Notes under the pieces: generated by a model
What the model was told of the DNA's origin: nothing
Databases searched by the model: none
The model's input: only the letters and a program-made list of their open reading frames with translations
Position numbers and translations under genes: made by a program
Part shown: positions 1 to 7,784 of the stretch, one piece after another
Layout: every line of letters begins with the position of its first letter
How positions within the stretch are numbered: position 1 is the first letter of the stretch
Virus record (IMG/VR): IMGVR_UViG_3300045988_116319
Reading direction: 5' to 3' (one strand)
Source: a virus
Length of the DNA stretch: 16,738 nucleotides

Positions 1-76
1 AAATATAAATATAGTCCGTCCCACGCGGACATTTTCCCAATTTTGTCCGCGTACGGCGGACAGCACAATGCACAAC

Positions 77-111
77 AAAAGCGGTGTCTTTCCCACGCGG
101 ACACCGCTTTT
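77..111 (-). terminator. ITR hairpin, candidate outward-facing intrinsic terminator (mirror copy at 16628-16662 on +)
   Basis: A perfect 12-bp stem aaaagcggtgtc (77-88) / gacaccgctttt (100-111) encloses an 11-nt loop tttcccacgcg. On the minus strand the stem is followed by ttttgttgtg, so it could stop late transcripts running out of the tail-fibre gene towards the left end. On the plus strand only 4 T follow. Confidence 0.45.
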
Positions 112-192
112 GCAAACTATTACATTGCATTTATTCACTTTTCAATACTTTTTCAAACACATAAACCCGAAATTTTTATGCATTTTTCCAAC

Positions 193-221
193 TTGACAAA
201 TACACTTTACCCGACTAAAGT
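193..221 (+). promoter_or_regulatory. Sigma-A-like promoter inside the ITR, pointing inward (mirror copy 16518-16546 on minus strand)
   Basis: TTGACA (193-198), a 17-nt spacer, then TAAAGT (216-221). The right-end copy faces the minus-strand gene array. The left-end copy would run antisense into the tail-fibre gene. Confidence 0.4.
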
Positions 222-472
222 GTTAGTCACGCCTAATTGTCTATACAATTCATCAAATATTCACGGTTTCCGACCGATTCACACACAATTCTTCCGTAAT
301 ACTTACTCATTTTTCCCGGAAAGTGGACAAAACCGCCCGTTTGTCCGCGGGTCGCGGACACATCGGAGACGGGGACTCACTTTAGTCTGCTAAAGTGTCC
401 GCGGGAGACGGACACGGCGCGGCGTGAATATGTGTGTAACTTTTGTTACTTAGTTATTTCATTCATATTTAG

Positions 473-2809
473 TTAAGTAACAACATTTCCAAGTAAGTCT
501 TTCCAAGAAACACCATCATAGATAAGAAGTTTATGTAAGTCAGTATCGTAATATTGTTCCATGTAATTTGGTGCATATGTTTTTCGTAGTGAACTTGTTC
601 CACCTGGAGCATGTGTTAAATTAATAGTTTTAAAATTATGACCACTACCATCTTCCCAGAATTTAGCACCAACTCGTCCGCCAGATGTACCATCAGATGG
701 ATGATACATAATAATACCACAGAAAGTTCCCGGGGTTACTTCTTTTGCTAATTTTGTGAAGTGCTCTGTGTTAAAATCAATAAAGGTTATTCCTTGTAAT
801 TTTTTATCTTTTGTGGTGTCATAATTAGGGTCAAGTGATCCACAATATGAGAAAATCGGACCCTGATATGACTGTTCATCACAACAATTAATAAGTGTTG
901 TTGGATGGTCGAACGCACCGAAATTAACTTCATTGTGATATTCACCAAATGTGTAACCACAATAATTGTGTCTAGAGCGTAATGAATTACAAATTAAATG
1001 CTCAGCACCTAATTGAAAAGCAACACGGCAACCCCACACGGATATGTTATCGAATCTTGTTGTATCACCATAAGTCCATCCAGCAAATGATCGAATACCA
1101 ACTAATCCGTCAATTGGTGATGTATTTGAATAATCATTTGGCATGTATTCAGCATTATTTAAAGACGCATCACCAAAAGCAGTAAGTTTCAAATTTTTTT
1201 CTTCTCCACATCCACAATGATCTAAATTAATCATAATAGCTTTTCGTTTCCAATCTGGAAGAATAATTGCTAAATCTTGTATATCAACTCTCCAGTGTGT
1301 GTTATTTGGTGCTAAAACATTTATGACACATGGTTGTTCTTCTTCTTTAACGCTATTAAATGCATTTTGAGTTACATGGATATTTGTACCGTTAAAGTAA
1401 TGTGAAACACCTTTTATAGAGACGCCCCTCATGCGCTTTCCAGTAATTGGTAGCACTGCAATAGCAGTTTTTGCATATCCAGAATGTGATTCAAATTTAT
1501 CTATATAATAGTCTCCACCTAATAAATAAACAGTTCCACATTCTCCAATATCTGATAAAGCATTATTTATTTCTACTTCGTCATTTACGCCATCACAGAT
1601 ATATTTTGCTATTTTTTTATCAGTATTAGTTGAATTATTAGCCGCAATATATATAATATTTTTTGACACGGGATCTTGCATTTCATATAAAGATAATAAA
1701 TATGGTACTTTACTTTCCGTGTAGCACCACAAAATGTAATCTCCATCGTTATCTAATGTGAAATTAATATAGTCTTCACCTATTTGGTTAATATTTCGCA
1801 TAGCTTTAATAGTTGTGTCATCAGCTGTTGATATACCAAAAGTTTTATCACTACTTTGAAGTGAGTATAATGATAATCTGTAATACCCTGCTTTAATTTT
1901 TAGATGTCTTTTTTCTGTAACTTTTAATGGGTTAATCATGTATTTTGTAACATATTGTTCTGGTAGTTTATCAAACATATTTTCTGTGTAATCCATGTTA
2001 GTAATATCCCATACATGCAACATTAATACTTCATTTAATGGGAAGTCGTCTGTTACCCAAATAAATGAGTTACTGTATTCTTTTTCATTTGTATTAATAA
2101 TAACTACTTCATTTGTTTTTATGCGTTCATATAAATCAATTCTATCGTCAAAATTATTCCATGAACCGAATGTAATGTTATAGTTTGAAGAAGGCAATAC
2201 TAATCCACTTTTAAATGTTACTTTTAAAGCATATTTATGATTTGGTTTTAATACTTGAAAATAAAGATTGAAAGAAATTTTTTGAATGTCAAACATAATT
2301 ACTTGTACTTTTATGTTTTCTTGACTTTTAATAATTTCTTTTACATTTAAATTTAAATTATTAATTTTATCTCCCGTAACTTTAGCATCAGCGGCAGCAT
2401 TTTCTACCGACAAAGATTTATCAATCGGCGGATTGGACGGATTCGTGATATTAGCTGTCAACCATGCTGATACTTCGTTGTTTACAGTTGGTTTTAGCAG
2501 ATTAAGCAGTTCTCCGCTTTTTTTCATTTCTTCGATTTTCTTGTTTACTTCGTTCTGTAAGTCGAGTTTTGAAAAATACTGATTGATAAAATCATGTAAC
2601 GCTTTGTAACTTTTTACAAGTTCGTCCTGTGCGTCAAACATTTCTTTCACCGTCTTAAACAGCACAACAAATTTATTTTCCAGACTCAACGTCCCGTTGA
2701 AATCATACGGAATCCCCCGTACACTTGCGACAACTTCACAAGCCTGCGTAATCATCTGACCGAAATCTGGTAACGTAGGAAAATCTGGAATCGTTGGTTT
2801 CCCTGCCAT
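473..2809 (-). CDS. Tail fibre / pre-neck appendage-like receptor-binding protein (778 aa)
   Basis: This is the last and largest gene of the structural block, directly after the lower collar as gp12 is in phi29. SD taaggaggtagtataATG. The N-terminal ~140 aa are helical and have genome-typical GC. The rest is rich in Asn/Gly/Thr/Cys with repetitive beta-like segments (possible beta-helix depolymerase, inferred) and much lower GC. Confidence 0.7.
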   Translation of the reverse strand: MAGKPTIPDFPTLPDFGQMITQACEVVASVRGIPYDFNGTLSLENKFVVLFKTVKEMFDAQDELVKSYKALHDFINQYFSKLDLQNEVNKKIEEMKKSGELLNLLKPTVNNEVSAWLTANITNPSNPPIDKSLSVENAAADAKVTGDKINNLNLNVKEIIKSQENIKVQVIMFDIQKISFNLYFQVLKPNHKYALKVTFKSGLVLPSSNYNITFGSWNNFDDRIDLYERIKTNEVVIINTNEKEYSNSFIWVTDDFPLNEVLMLHVWDITNMDYTENMFDKLPEQYVTKYMINPLKVTEKRHLKIKAGYYRLSLYSLQSSDKTFGISTADDTTIKAMRNINQIGEDYINFTLDNDGDYILWCYTESKVPYLLSLYEMQDPVSKNIIYIAANNSTNTDKKIAKYICDGVNDEVEINNALSDIGECGTVYLLGGDYYIDKFESHSGYAKTAIAVLPITGKRMRGVSIKGVSHYFNGTNIHVTQNAFNSVKEEEQPCVINVLAPNNTHWRVDIQDLAIILPDWKRKAIMINLDHCGCGEEKNLKLTAFGDASLNNAEYMPNDYSNTSPIDGLVGIRSFAGWTYGDTTRFDNISVWGCRVAFQLGAEHLICNSLRSRHNYCGYTFGEYHNEVNFGAFDHPTTLINCCDEQSYQGPIFSYCGSLDPNYDTTKDKKLQGITFIDFNTEHFTKLAKEVTPGTFCGIIMYHPSDGTSGGRVGAKFWEDGSGHNFKTINLTHAPGGTSSLRKTYAPNYMEQYYDTDLHKLLIYDGVSWKDLLGNVVT

Positions 2810-2821
2810 TATACTACCTCC

Positions 2822-3580
2822 TTAATAAAATTGATAGAATAATTCTCTGCAATCATCGCAGATACGCTTGTTAAGATTAATTATGCTATCTCGGAATCTC
2901 TGAATTTCTAAAGAGTAACTACCGTCGAATCCCTCATCTTCAATCGTATCATTATTATCTGCATGGTAAGTATCATTACTGTTCGTTTTTGTTGTATTTT
3001 CGCCGTTACTTACAGCGCTGTTATGAATCGTATTCTGTCCCCGATCCATCGTAGATGCATAATTCGTTCCGGCAAAATTAATCTGCGGGTTGTCTGAATG
3101 GATACTTTGGGTATTGTTATTTGTATCGGCTGTCGTTGTGTTTTTCGCTGTGCTGTCTCCCGAGATCACACCCGTTCGCGTATCGTCTTTTGTACTCTGT
3201 ATTTTCCGCGTAATCTTATGAGTAATCAGCGGGTTATACTCAAAAGTAATACTCCGGTACAACTGCTCATAGTATGGCATATTGAGTGTGAGAATCTTTT
3301 TTAGATGATACTGAAATTCTCCGATCGTTTCTAACCCGATCTGTTCCCGAAAATACTGTAAACAGAATGTTTTTTCGAACGTAAGTTTTGCGGTTGCATA
3401 TTCGGGAGCGGATGCATTGACATAAAATGGAAAGTCAAAATTGAATATTAGTTCAACTGCCTTTTCAATCATTCCATCAACGTTCTGTTTTTCAAGTGGA
3501 TGAATCGCGTTGTCTGCAATAACTAACTGTTCGATCGTATTCGTTAGCGTTTTCGTTTCGTAGTGATAACTAAGAAACAT
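2822..3580 (-). CDS. Lower collar protein (phi29 gp11-like), 252 aa
   Basis: Lies immediately downstream of the portal, with the start ATG sharing one nt with the portal TAA (taATG). Contains FCLQYFREQIGLETIGEF, which resembles the REIG.ET motif I recall for gp11-family lower collar proteins. Has a central low-complexity Asn/Thr/Ser-rich region. Confidence 0.7.
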   Translation of the reverse strand: MFLSYHYETKTLTNTIEQLVIADNAIHPLEKQNVDGMIEKAVELIFNFDFPFYVNASAPEYATAKLTFEKTFCLQYFREQIGLETIGEFQYHLKKILTLNMPYYEQLYRSITFEYNPLITHKITRKIQSTKDDTRTGVISGDSTAKNTTTADTNNNTQSIHSDNPQINFAGTNYASTMDRGQNTIHNSAVSNGENTTKTNSNDTYHADNNDTIEDEGFDGSYSLEIQRFRDSIINLNKRICDDCRELFYQFY

Positions 3581-4524
3581 TATTCCACCTCACCTTCCGT
3601 TGTTTTCTTTTGTGTCGGTTTCAGCATTGTAGTGTCGAAAACATCCGGTCGGTTAATCGGTGTTACCATTTTAGAATTAAAACGTACACGGATATTCAAA
3701 CCATACATTTCATTGATCGCGTCTAGTCCTCTCTGAATGGTTGACAGATTTCCGTTTCTTGTCAACTCGATTTCTCCATCGTTGTAACTTGTTTCTGCGG
3801 AAACCAGCCGTTCCGGTTTTTCCACACCGCTTGCTTCGATTCCGAGATCAGCCAGACATTCTGCTACTTCTCTCTGTGCGGCGGTGTCAAGTTCGTTAAA
3901 GATTGGCTGTACTTTCAAGTCAATGGTATCAATTTGAATCTGTTTTCGCAGATCGTTTTTTGCTTTGATGAAAGGAATATTTTTTACCCACTTTTGAATA
4001 AAGTTTTCAACGGTTAACTTCTGCGTAGAATCCCCGCTTATAATAACTGGCGTTCTCTGCTGAATGACGTTTACCCTTGTCGACGCTTTTTTCTCTGCTA
4101 GACTCTGCGAATGAAGAATAATACTGAGAATTTCCGGTACAGCAAAAGGTCTTGCGAAAATCAGCGCGCTTTCTTCCTTGTCGGTCTGTTCATAATACTG
4201 TCCATTCATGGCGTATGCAATCCAATCGGTCGGGATACCATAAATATCAGGCTCACCTACCAGATTCACGCCGAAAACACCATACAGTCCGGTGATTGGT
4301 TCTTTTTTGAACAGACACATACCATTCCATAACAAATAGGAGTTGAGCATCCGTGGTGGAATCTCATCCGGTAAACCGTCATACTCATACCGAGATAACG
4401 CTAGATTGACAAACTTACCAAAAAAGTGTCGGAAATACATTTTTTCTTCCGGTGACGTATTCGGGTTATTTTCCCAGCATCCCCAAACTTCTTTGTTGCT
4501 CACCCGATACGGGTTAGTGTACAT
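3580..4524 (-). CDS. Portal / upper collar connector protein (phi29 gp10-like), 314 aa
   Basis: Size and position match gp10 (309 aa). The C-terminal segment AINEMYGLNIRVRFN matches the phi29 gp10 segment KINELYGLNVKVKF as I recall it. The EKPERLVSAETSYNDGEIE region parallels gp10 EKKERMVTDEVSSNDEQIE. SD ttaaggaggtgatatcATG. Confidence 0.88.
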   Translation of the reverse strand: MYTNPYRVSNKEVWGCWENNPNTSPEEKMYFRHFFGKFVNLALSRYEYDGLPDEIPPRMLNSYLLWNGMCLFKKEPITGLYGVFGVNLVGEPDIYGIPTDWIAYAMNGQYYEQTDKEESALIFARPFAVPEILSIILHSQSLAEKKASTRVNVIQQRTPVIISGDSTQKLTVENFIQKWVKNIPFIKAKNDLRKQIQIDTIDLKVQPIFNELDTAAQREVAECLADLGIEASGVEKPERLVSAETSYNDGEIELTRNGNLSTIQRGLDAINEMYGLNIRVRFNSKMVTPINRPDVFDTTMLKPTQKKTTEGEVE

Positions 4525-4536
4525 GATATCACCTCC

Positions 4537-6114
4537 TTAATTATTGGAAAGACCATAGTTTCCAACATCGTCCGTGTGCCAGAACGTAACGCCGCGGTTA
4601 AACATAGCCTGCAAAAAGTTAATATCATCGGTAACACATGAACCGTGTAAACCGCAATTTACAGTTTTGACAAAATTCCAGTTTGACCGCCCTGTGATAT
4701 TAGGGACTTTGATTTTGTGTGTAGCATATCCATACATGGTAAAATAATCGTCGATCGTTTTCGCCATCTGAGCGGTTACACTCATCACATGGCAGTAAAC
4801 TTGGCTGCCGAACAATGCAGCGGCAACATAACTTCCTGATGAATTTCCTTTTGCTGTTGGCGGTATCAGATCATGGCTTTCTTTCTGCGCATTGATATTT
4901 TCATTCAGCAAAAAAGTGCTAGTTGCCGCGTTAAAAATACTTTCTGCGCCTGCGGATAAATTACCACTTAATGCTCCGACCAATCCGCCCGTGAGATTTC
5001 CAATCTGAGAAATAGCATTCTGCTTTTTAGAATAGTCCCATAAAGGCGCGGTCTGCGCGAGAAAAGCTTGATAGCTGTCATTTGTCCACGCGCACTGTGG
5101 AAAATTGTTGAGGACAAAACCATAAGGGGATCTTTGTCCACCTGTATTTTTGTATTCGCGTGGGGCAATGAAAATTGATGGTATATTAAGCTGTACCCCG
5201 TATACTTGCATGGTTAATGCTCCATTTTTACCGTATTCGAAATTATAGGTATGCTGGACTCCCGAACCGTCATTTACCAAACAATAACAATACGGATATT
5301 GGAACAATTTATTGTTTTTTGGTTTATATCCATCTATAGTAACAGGTTGAATTGTTTTTTGTACATATACGCTAGTATCTGTCTTGAAACACGCTTCTGG
5401 AGCTTGATATACATTTACGATAGCATCTCCGTTTCCGCTTTTAACATACTTTTGGATAACAGTAATTAAATCGGTATAGGATTGTTTTCGCGTAAATGTC
5501 AAACCGGACAGAATACCTTGTATGGACACTGGAATAATATTAGTGCCATTTTCATCTGCGCTCGCAGATAAACAATATTGCATTTTTCCAAGATAAAGTA
5601 ACTGTTGTTCTGCCGGGTTATCCACGTACTCTCCCGTTTCAAGATTTTCCGGCACAAGATTAATTCCGACAAGATCAGCTTTTTTGTCAATGTGTTCTCT
5701 TTCCACATAGCACGGCTGTAAAACCACATCATAAAAACTGTTCTGGAATCTGTCGGGTTCGAAATAAATTTTGAAACTTCTGTCACTCAACCATTCTACG
5801 CGCGTTACAAACCCGAAATACCACTCTTCCGTATACGGCTTATTCTGGAAAGCAATGTAGTTACATTTCAGAAATTCACTCTCATTTCCTTTCCCTTTAT
5901 ATGTCAATTCTCCCCATCTCACGGGCGCGGACTGCTTGAAAATATGGATTGCCTTTTCCCTTACATGAGCAAGGCAGCCGTCTTTTCCGTTTTCGTAGTA
6001 TCGTACATGCTCATAATCGTTTCCCCACTCAATCCCACTTGCTAAAATTACCTCCGTCTGCGGGGAAACCGCCGCCACATTTTCTTGCGGCGGCATCGGA
6101 ATGAAATTATCCAT
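4537..6114 (-). CDS. Tail knob / distal tube protein (phi29 gp9-like), 525 aa
   Basis: The N-terminal IAFQNKPYTEEWYFGFVTRVEW parallels phi29 gp9 IMFQNADYGNKWFYAFVTELEF. The C-terminus YFTMYGYATHKIKVPNITGRSNWNFVKT...FNRGVTFWHTDDVGNY parallels gp9 [28 protein letters not shown]...FDNGITLWHTDNIGNY (recalled from memory). Lies between the capsid and portal genes as in phi29. Confidence 0.88.
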   Translation of the reverse strand: MDNFIPMPPQENVAAVSPQTEVILASGIEWGNDYEHVRYYENGKDGCLAHVREKAIHIFKQSAPVRWGELTYKGKGNESEFLKCNYIAFQNKPYTEEWYFGFVTRVEWLSDRSFKIYFEPDRFQNSFYDVVLQPCYVEREHIDKKADLVGINLVPENLETGEYVDNPAEQQLLYLGKMQYCLSASADENGTNIIPVSIQGILSGLTFTRKQSYTDLITVIQKYVKSGNGDAIVNVYQAPEACFKTDTSVYVQKTIQPVTIDGYKPKNNKLFQYPYCYCLVNDGSGVQHTYNFEYGKNGALTMQVYGVQLNIPSIFIAPREYKNTGGQRSPYGFVLNNFPQCAWTNDSYQAFLAQTAPLWDYSKKQNAISQIGNLTGGLVGALSGNLSAGAESIFNAATSTFLLNENINAQKESHDLIPPTAKGNSSGSYVAAALFGSQVYCHVMSVTAQMAKTIDDYFTMYGYATHKIKVPNITGRSNWNFVKTVNCGLHGSCVTDDINFLQAMFNRGVTFWHTDDVGNYGLSNN

Positions 6115-6130
6115 GTTTCCACCCTCTTAC

Positions 6131-7441
6131 TTAATCGGTCGTAAAGTAAATAGTTGCATTTTTGTTAGAATCGAATCGGCTTGTAACCACAACCCGCACA
6201 CTTTCTGTTTTGTTTCCTTTCTGCTTCAGATTCTTTTCGTCTTTTGCGATTCTAAGAATTGTTGTTCCCGGGAGCACAAACGTATCAGTAGAAGAGTTAC
6301 CTTCTACTTTTACGTCTACTGCTTTATCCGCTACGCCAGTAGAAGTAACCGAAAACTTTGTACCAAAGTCGACATCTGTTCCAGCTTTTACCATTCCTAC
6401 ATCGCTTACTTCGATGCTCGAAACAAGAACTGGCTCTGTCGTAAACACAATAATTGGATAGAACAGGGAATAAGAGAACATCTCTTTCACCGTGTACGTG
6501 CTGTTCCATCTCAATCCACGGTTGACGTTATCCTGTACCATCATTCGGTACTGTTCACGGATTTTGAAAAACCGCTTGTCAACCAGTACAGCCACAATTT
6601 TATCCACATCGTTAAAGTTATCAATTAACACCTGTTGTGCTTTCGGGATCATACGGTCGAGATTGTATGCACTTGCATAGCTGTCAACGTTCATCGCGGC
6701 TTTGGTATCTGGATCGACAAACAGAAGAATGGTATCTTCTTTTGCAGCAGATGTCGCGCCAGCGAAATTGTACAGCGGGTTCGGGAATTGAATCTTGTCG
6801 ATGTAACTCTGAATTTGTTTTGCAAGTGCGTTCGCGGATGCCTGATCCTTAACCGCATCCACATGAACCGGGTAAATCTGACCAGCGCGCTTTGCAGACG
6901 CAATCAGTTCTTTTGCAGTTGTGAACTCATCCCAATTACAAGCGGAAACGACACTTTCCACTTTTGCCTGAACGAGACTGCGCAAACCGTAATCATCGAG
7001 AAACGCGCCGCGCATATCTTCAAACCAGATGGTCACAGGATAATCGTTGTTGAAATTGATCTTGTGATACAGTGCCATGATGTAGCTGTCATAAATTGCA
7101 GTAGCATCTTCGATGCTGATGTTGGCATCGTGTGCGTATCCCTGTGCAAAGTTTACGTAAACTTCCTGTTCTCCATTACCAAACGGCATGGCGTTACTGT
7201 TCAGCACTCTCAGCGGATTTCGAAACGCTTCCGTGCTGATTGACTGGCTGGCAATCAGATTAACCAACGCCGGAACAAGTTCATTCCGCGCCATCGGATT
7301 GTAAGGATCGGTTAATGTTTTTGCAATATCTGCAATATTTTCACGAGTTGCCACCGGAACTCTGTCACGGTAGTCAACGCTCATAGTCTGCCGAACGGCG
7401 TTCAGCATGTTAATATTTGTCATATCAAGTTTTTCTGACAT
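6131..7441 (-). CDS. Major capsid protein (phi29 gp8-like, HK97 fold with C-terminal Ig-like/BIG2-type domain), 436 aa
   Basis: AVLVDKRFFKIREQYRMMVQDNVNRGLRWNSTY aligns with phi29 gp8 [33 protein letters not shown] (from memory). The C-terminal ~90 aa (VSSIEVSDVG...VTSTGVADKAVDVKVEG...) look like an Ig-like decoration domain, as in gp8. SD ggagagtgaaacaATG, directly after the scaffold gene. Confidence 0.9.
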   Translation of the reverse strand: MSEKLDMTNINMLNAVRQTMSVDYRDRVPVATRENIADIAKTLTDPYNPMARNELVPALVNLIASQSISTEAFRNPLRVLNSNAMPFGNGEQEVYVNFAQGYAHDANISIEDATAIYDSYIMALYHKINFNNDYPVTIWFEDMRGAFLDDYGLRSLVQAKVESVVSACNWDEFTTAKELIASAKRAGQIYPVHVDAVKDQASANALAKQIQSYIDKIQFPNPLYNFAGATSAAKEDTILLFVDPDTKAAMNVDSYASAYNLDRMIPKAQQVLIDNFNDVDKIVAVLVDKRFFKIREQYRMMVQDNVNRGLRWNSTYTVKEMFSYSLFYPIIVFTTEPVLVSSIEVSDVGMVKAGTDVDFGTKFSVTSTGVADKAVDVKVEGNSSTDTFVLPGTTILRIAKDEKNLKQKGNKTESVRVVVTSRFDSNKNATIYFTTD

Positions 7442-7445
7442 TGTT

Positions 7446-7784
7446 TCACTCTCCTTTTCCGCTTAAAATAAGCTGAGACATATCAAGATCGTTGATACTT
7501 GTTGCGGGTGTTTCCGGCGCTTTTCCGCCAAACTCGGTTACTTTTGTGATACTTCCTCCATGGGAAAGATCAGACCAGCGGCTTTTGATTTCTGCGACTG
7601 CCGCATCATACTTTCCTTTCAGTTCGTCCCGTTCTGCGGTCAGTGCGTCAAGCTCTGCCATCTGTGCGCCGATGTCGGTATCTTCTGTCTTGATTTTTTC
7701 ACTGATGGCGGAGATTGCGTCACCGTGCGTTTCGATGTTTCCAATGTCTGCTACAATTTCTGCCCAATACTCTTCAAGTGTCAT
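7446..7784 (-). CDS. Scaffolding protein (phi29 gp7-like), 112 aa
   Basis: A small, acidic, Ala/Glu/Leu-rich protein with coiled-coil character (AQMAELDALTAERDELKGKYDAAVAEIKSR), immediately upstream of the capsid gene. Its ATG overlaps the upstream TGA (ATGA). Confidence 0.65.
   Translation of the reverse strand: MTLEEYWAEIVADIGNIETHGDAISAISEKIKTEDTDIGAQMAELDALTAERDELKGKYDAAVAEIKSRWSDLSHGGSITKVTEFGGKAPETPATSINDLDMSQLILSGKGE

Larger units (their letters stand above)
1..439. repeat. Left inverted terminal repeat (ITR-L), 439 bp
   Basis: Positions 1-420 read as the reverse complement of 16319-16738, with one mismatch at 406/16333. The 116-codon ORFs 43-393(+) and 16346-16696(-) translate identically. 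Positions 402-439 also match the reverse complement of 16050-16087. Homology stops at 440 / 16049. Confidence 0.95.

Noticed and set aside
43-393. A 116-codon ORF inside ITR-L, with an identical mirror copy at 16346-16696 on the minus strand
   Set aside because: It starts at a TTG with no Shine-Dalgarno and runs straight through the ITR hairpins, the terminator-like stem and the promoter. Its composition is odd (His/Phe/Asn/Cys-rich, with an Arg-rich tail from GC-rich hairpins). It points opposite to every credible gene at the left end. It is most likely non-coding ITR sequence, though duplication alone cannot exclude a real gene.
3633-3639. A Spo0A-box-like heptamer TGTCGAA (phi29 early promoters are Spo0A-regulated)
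   Set aside because: It is a single 7-mer deep inside the portal gene, far from any promoter, and is expected by chance at this length. I saw no 0A boxes near the predicted promoters.
6101-7243. Plus-strand ORFs of 175 aa, 202 aa and several ~60-100 aa opposite the capsid gene
   Set aside because: They are antisense shadows of the major capsid gene, whose similarity to phi29 gp8 is strong. They have no ribosome-binding sites.
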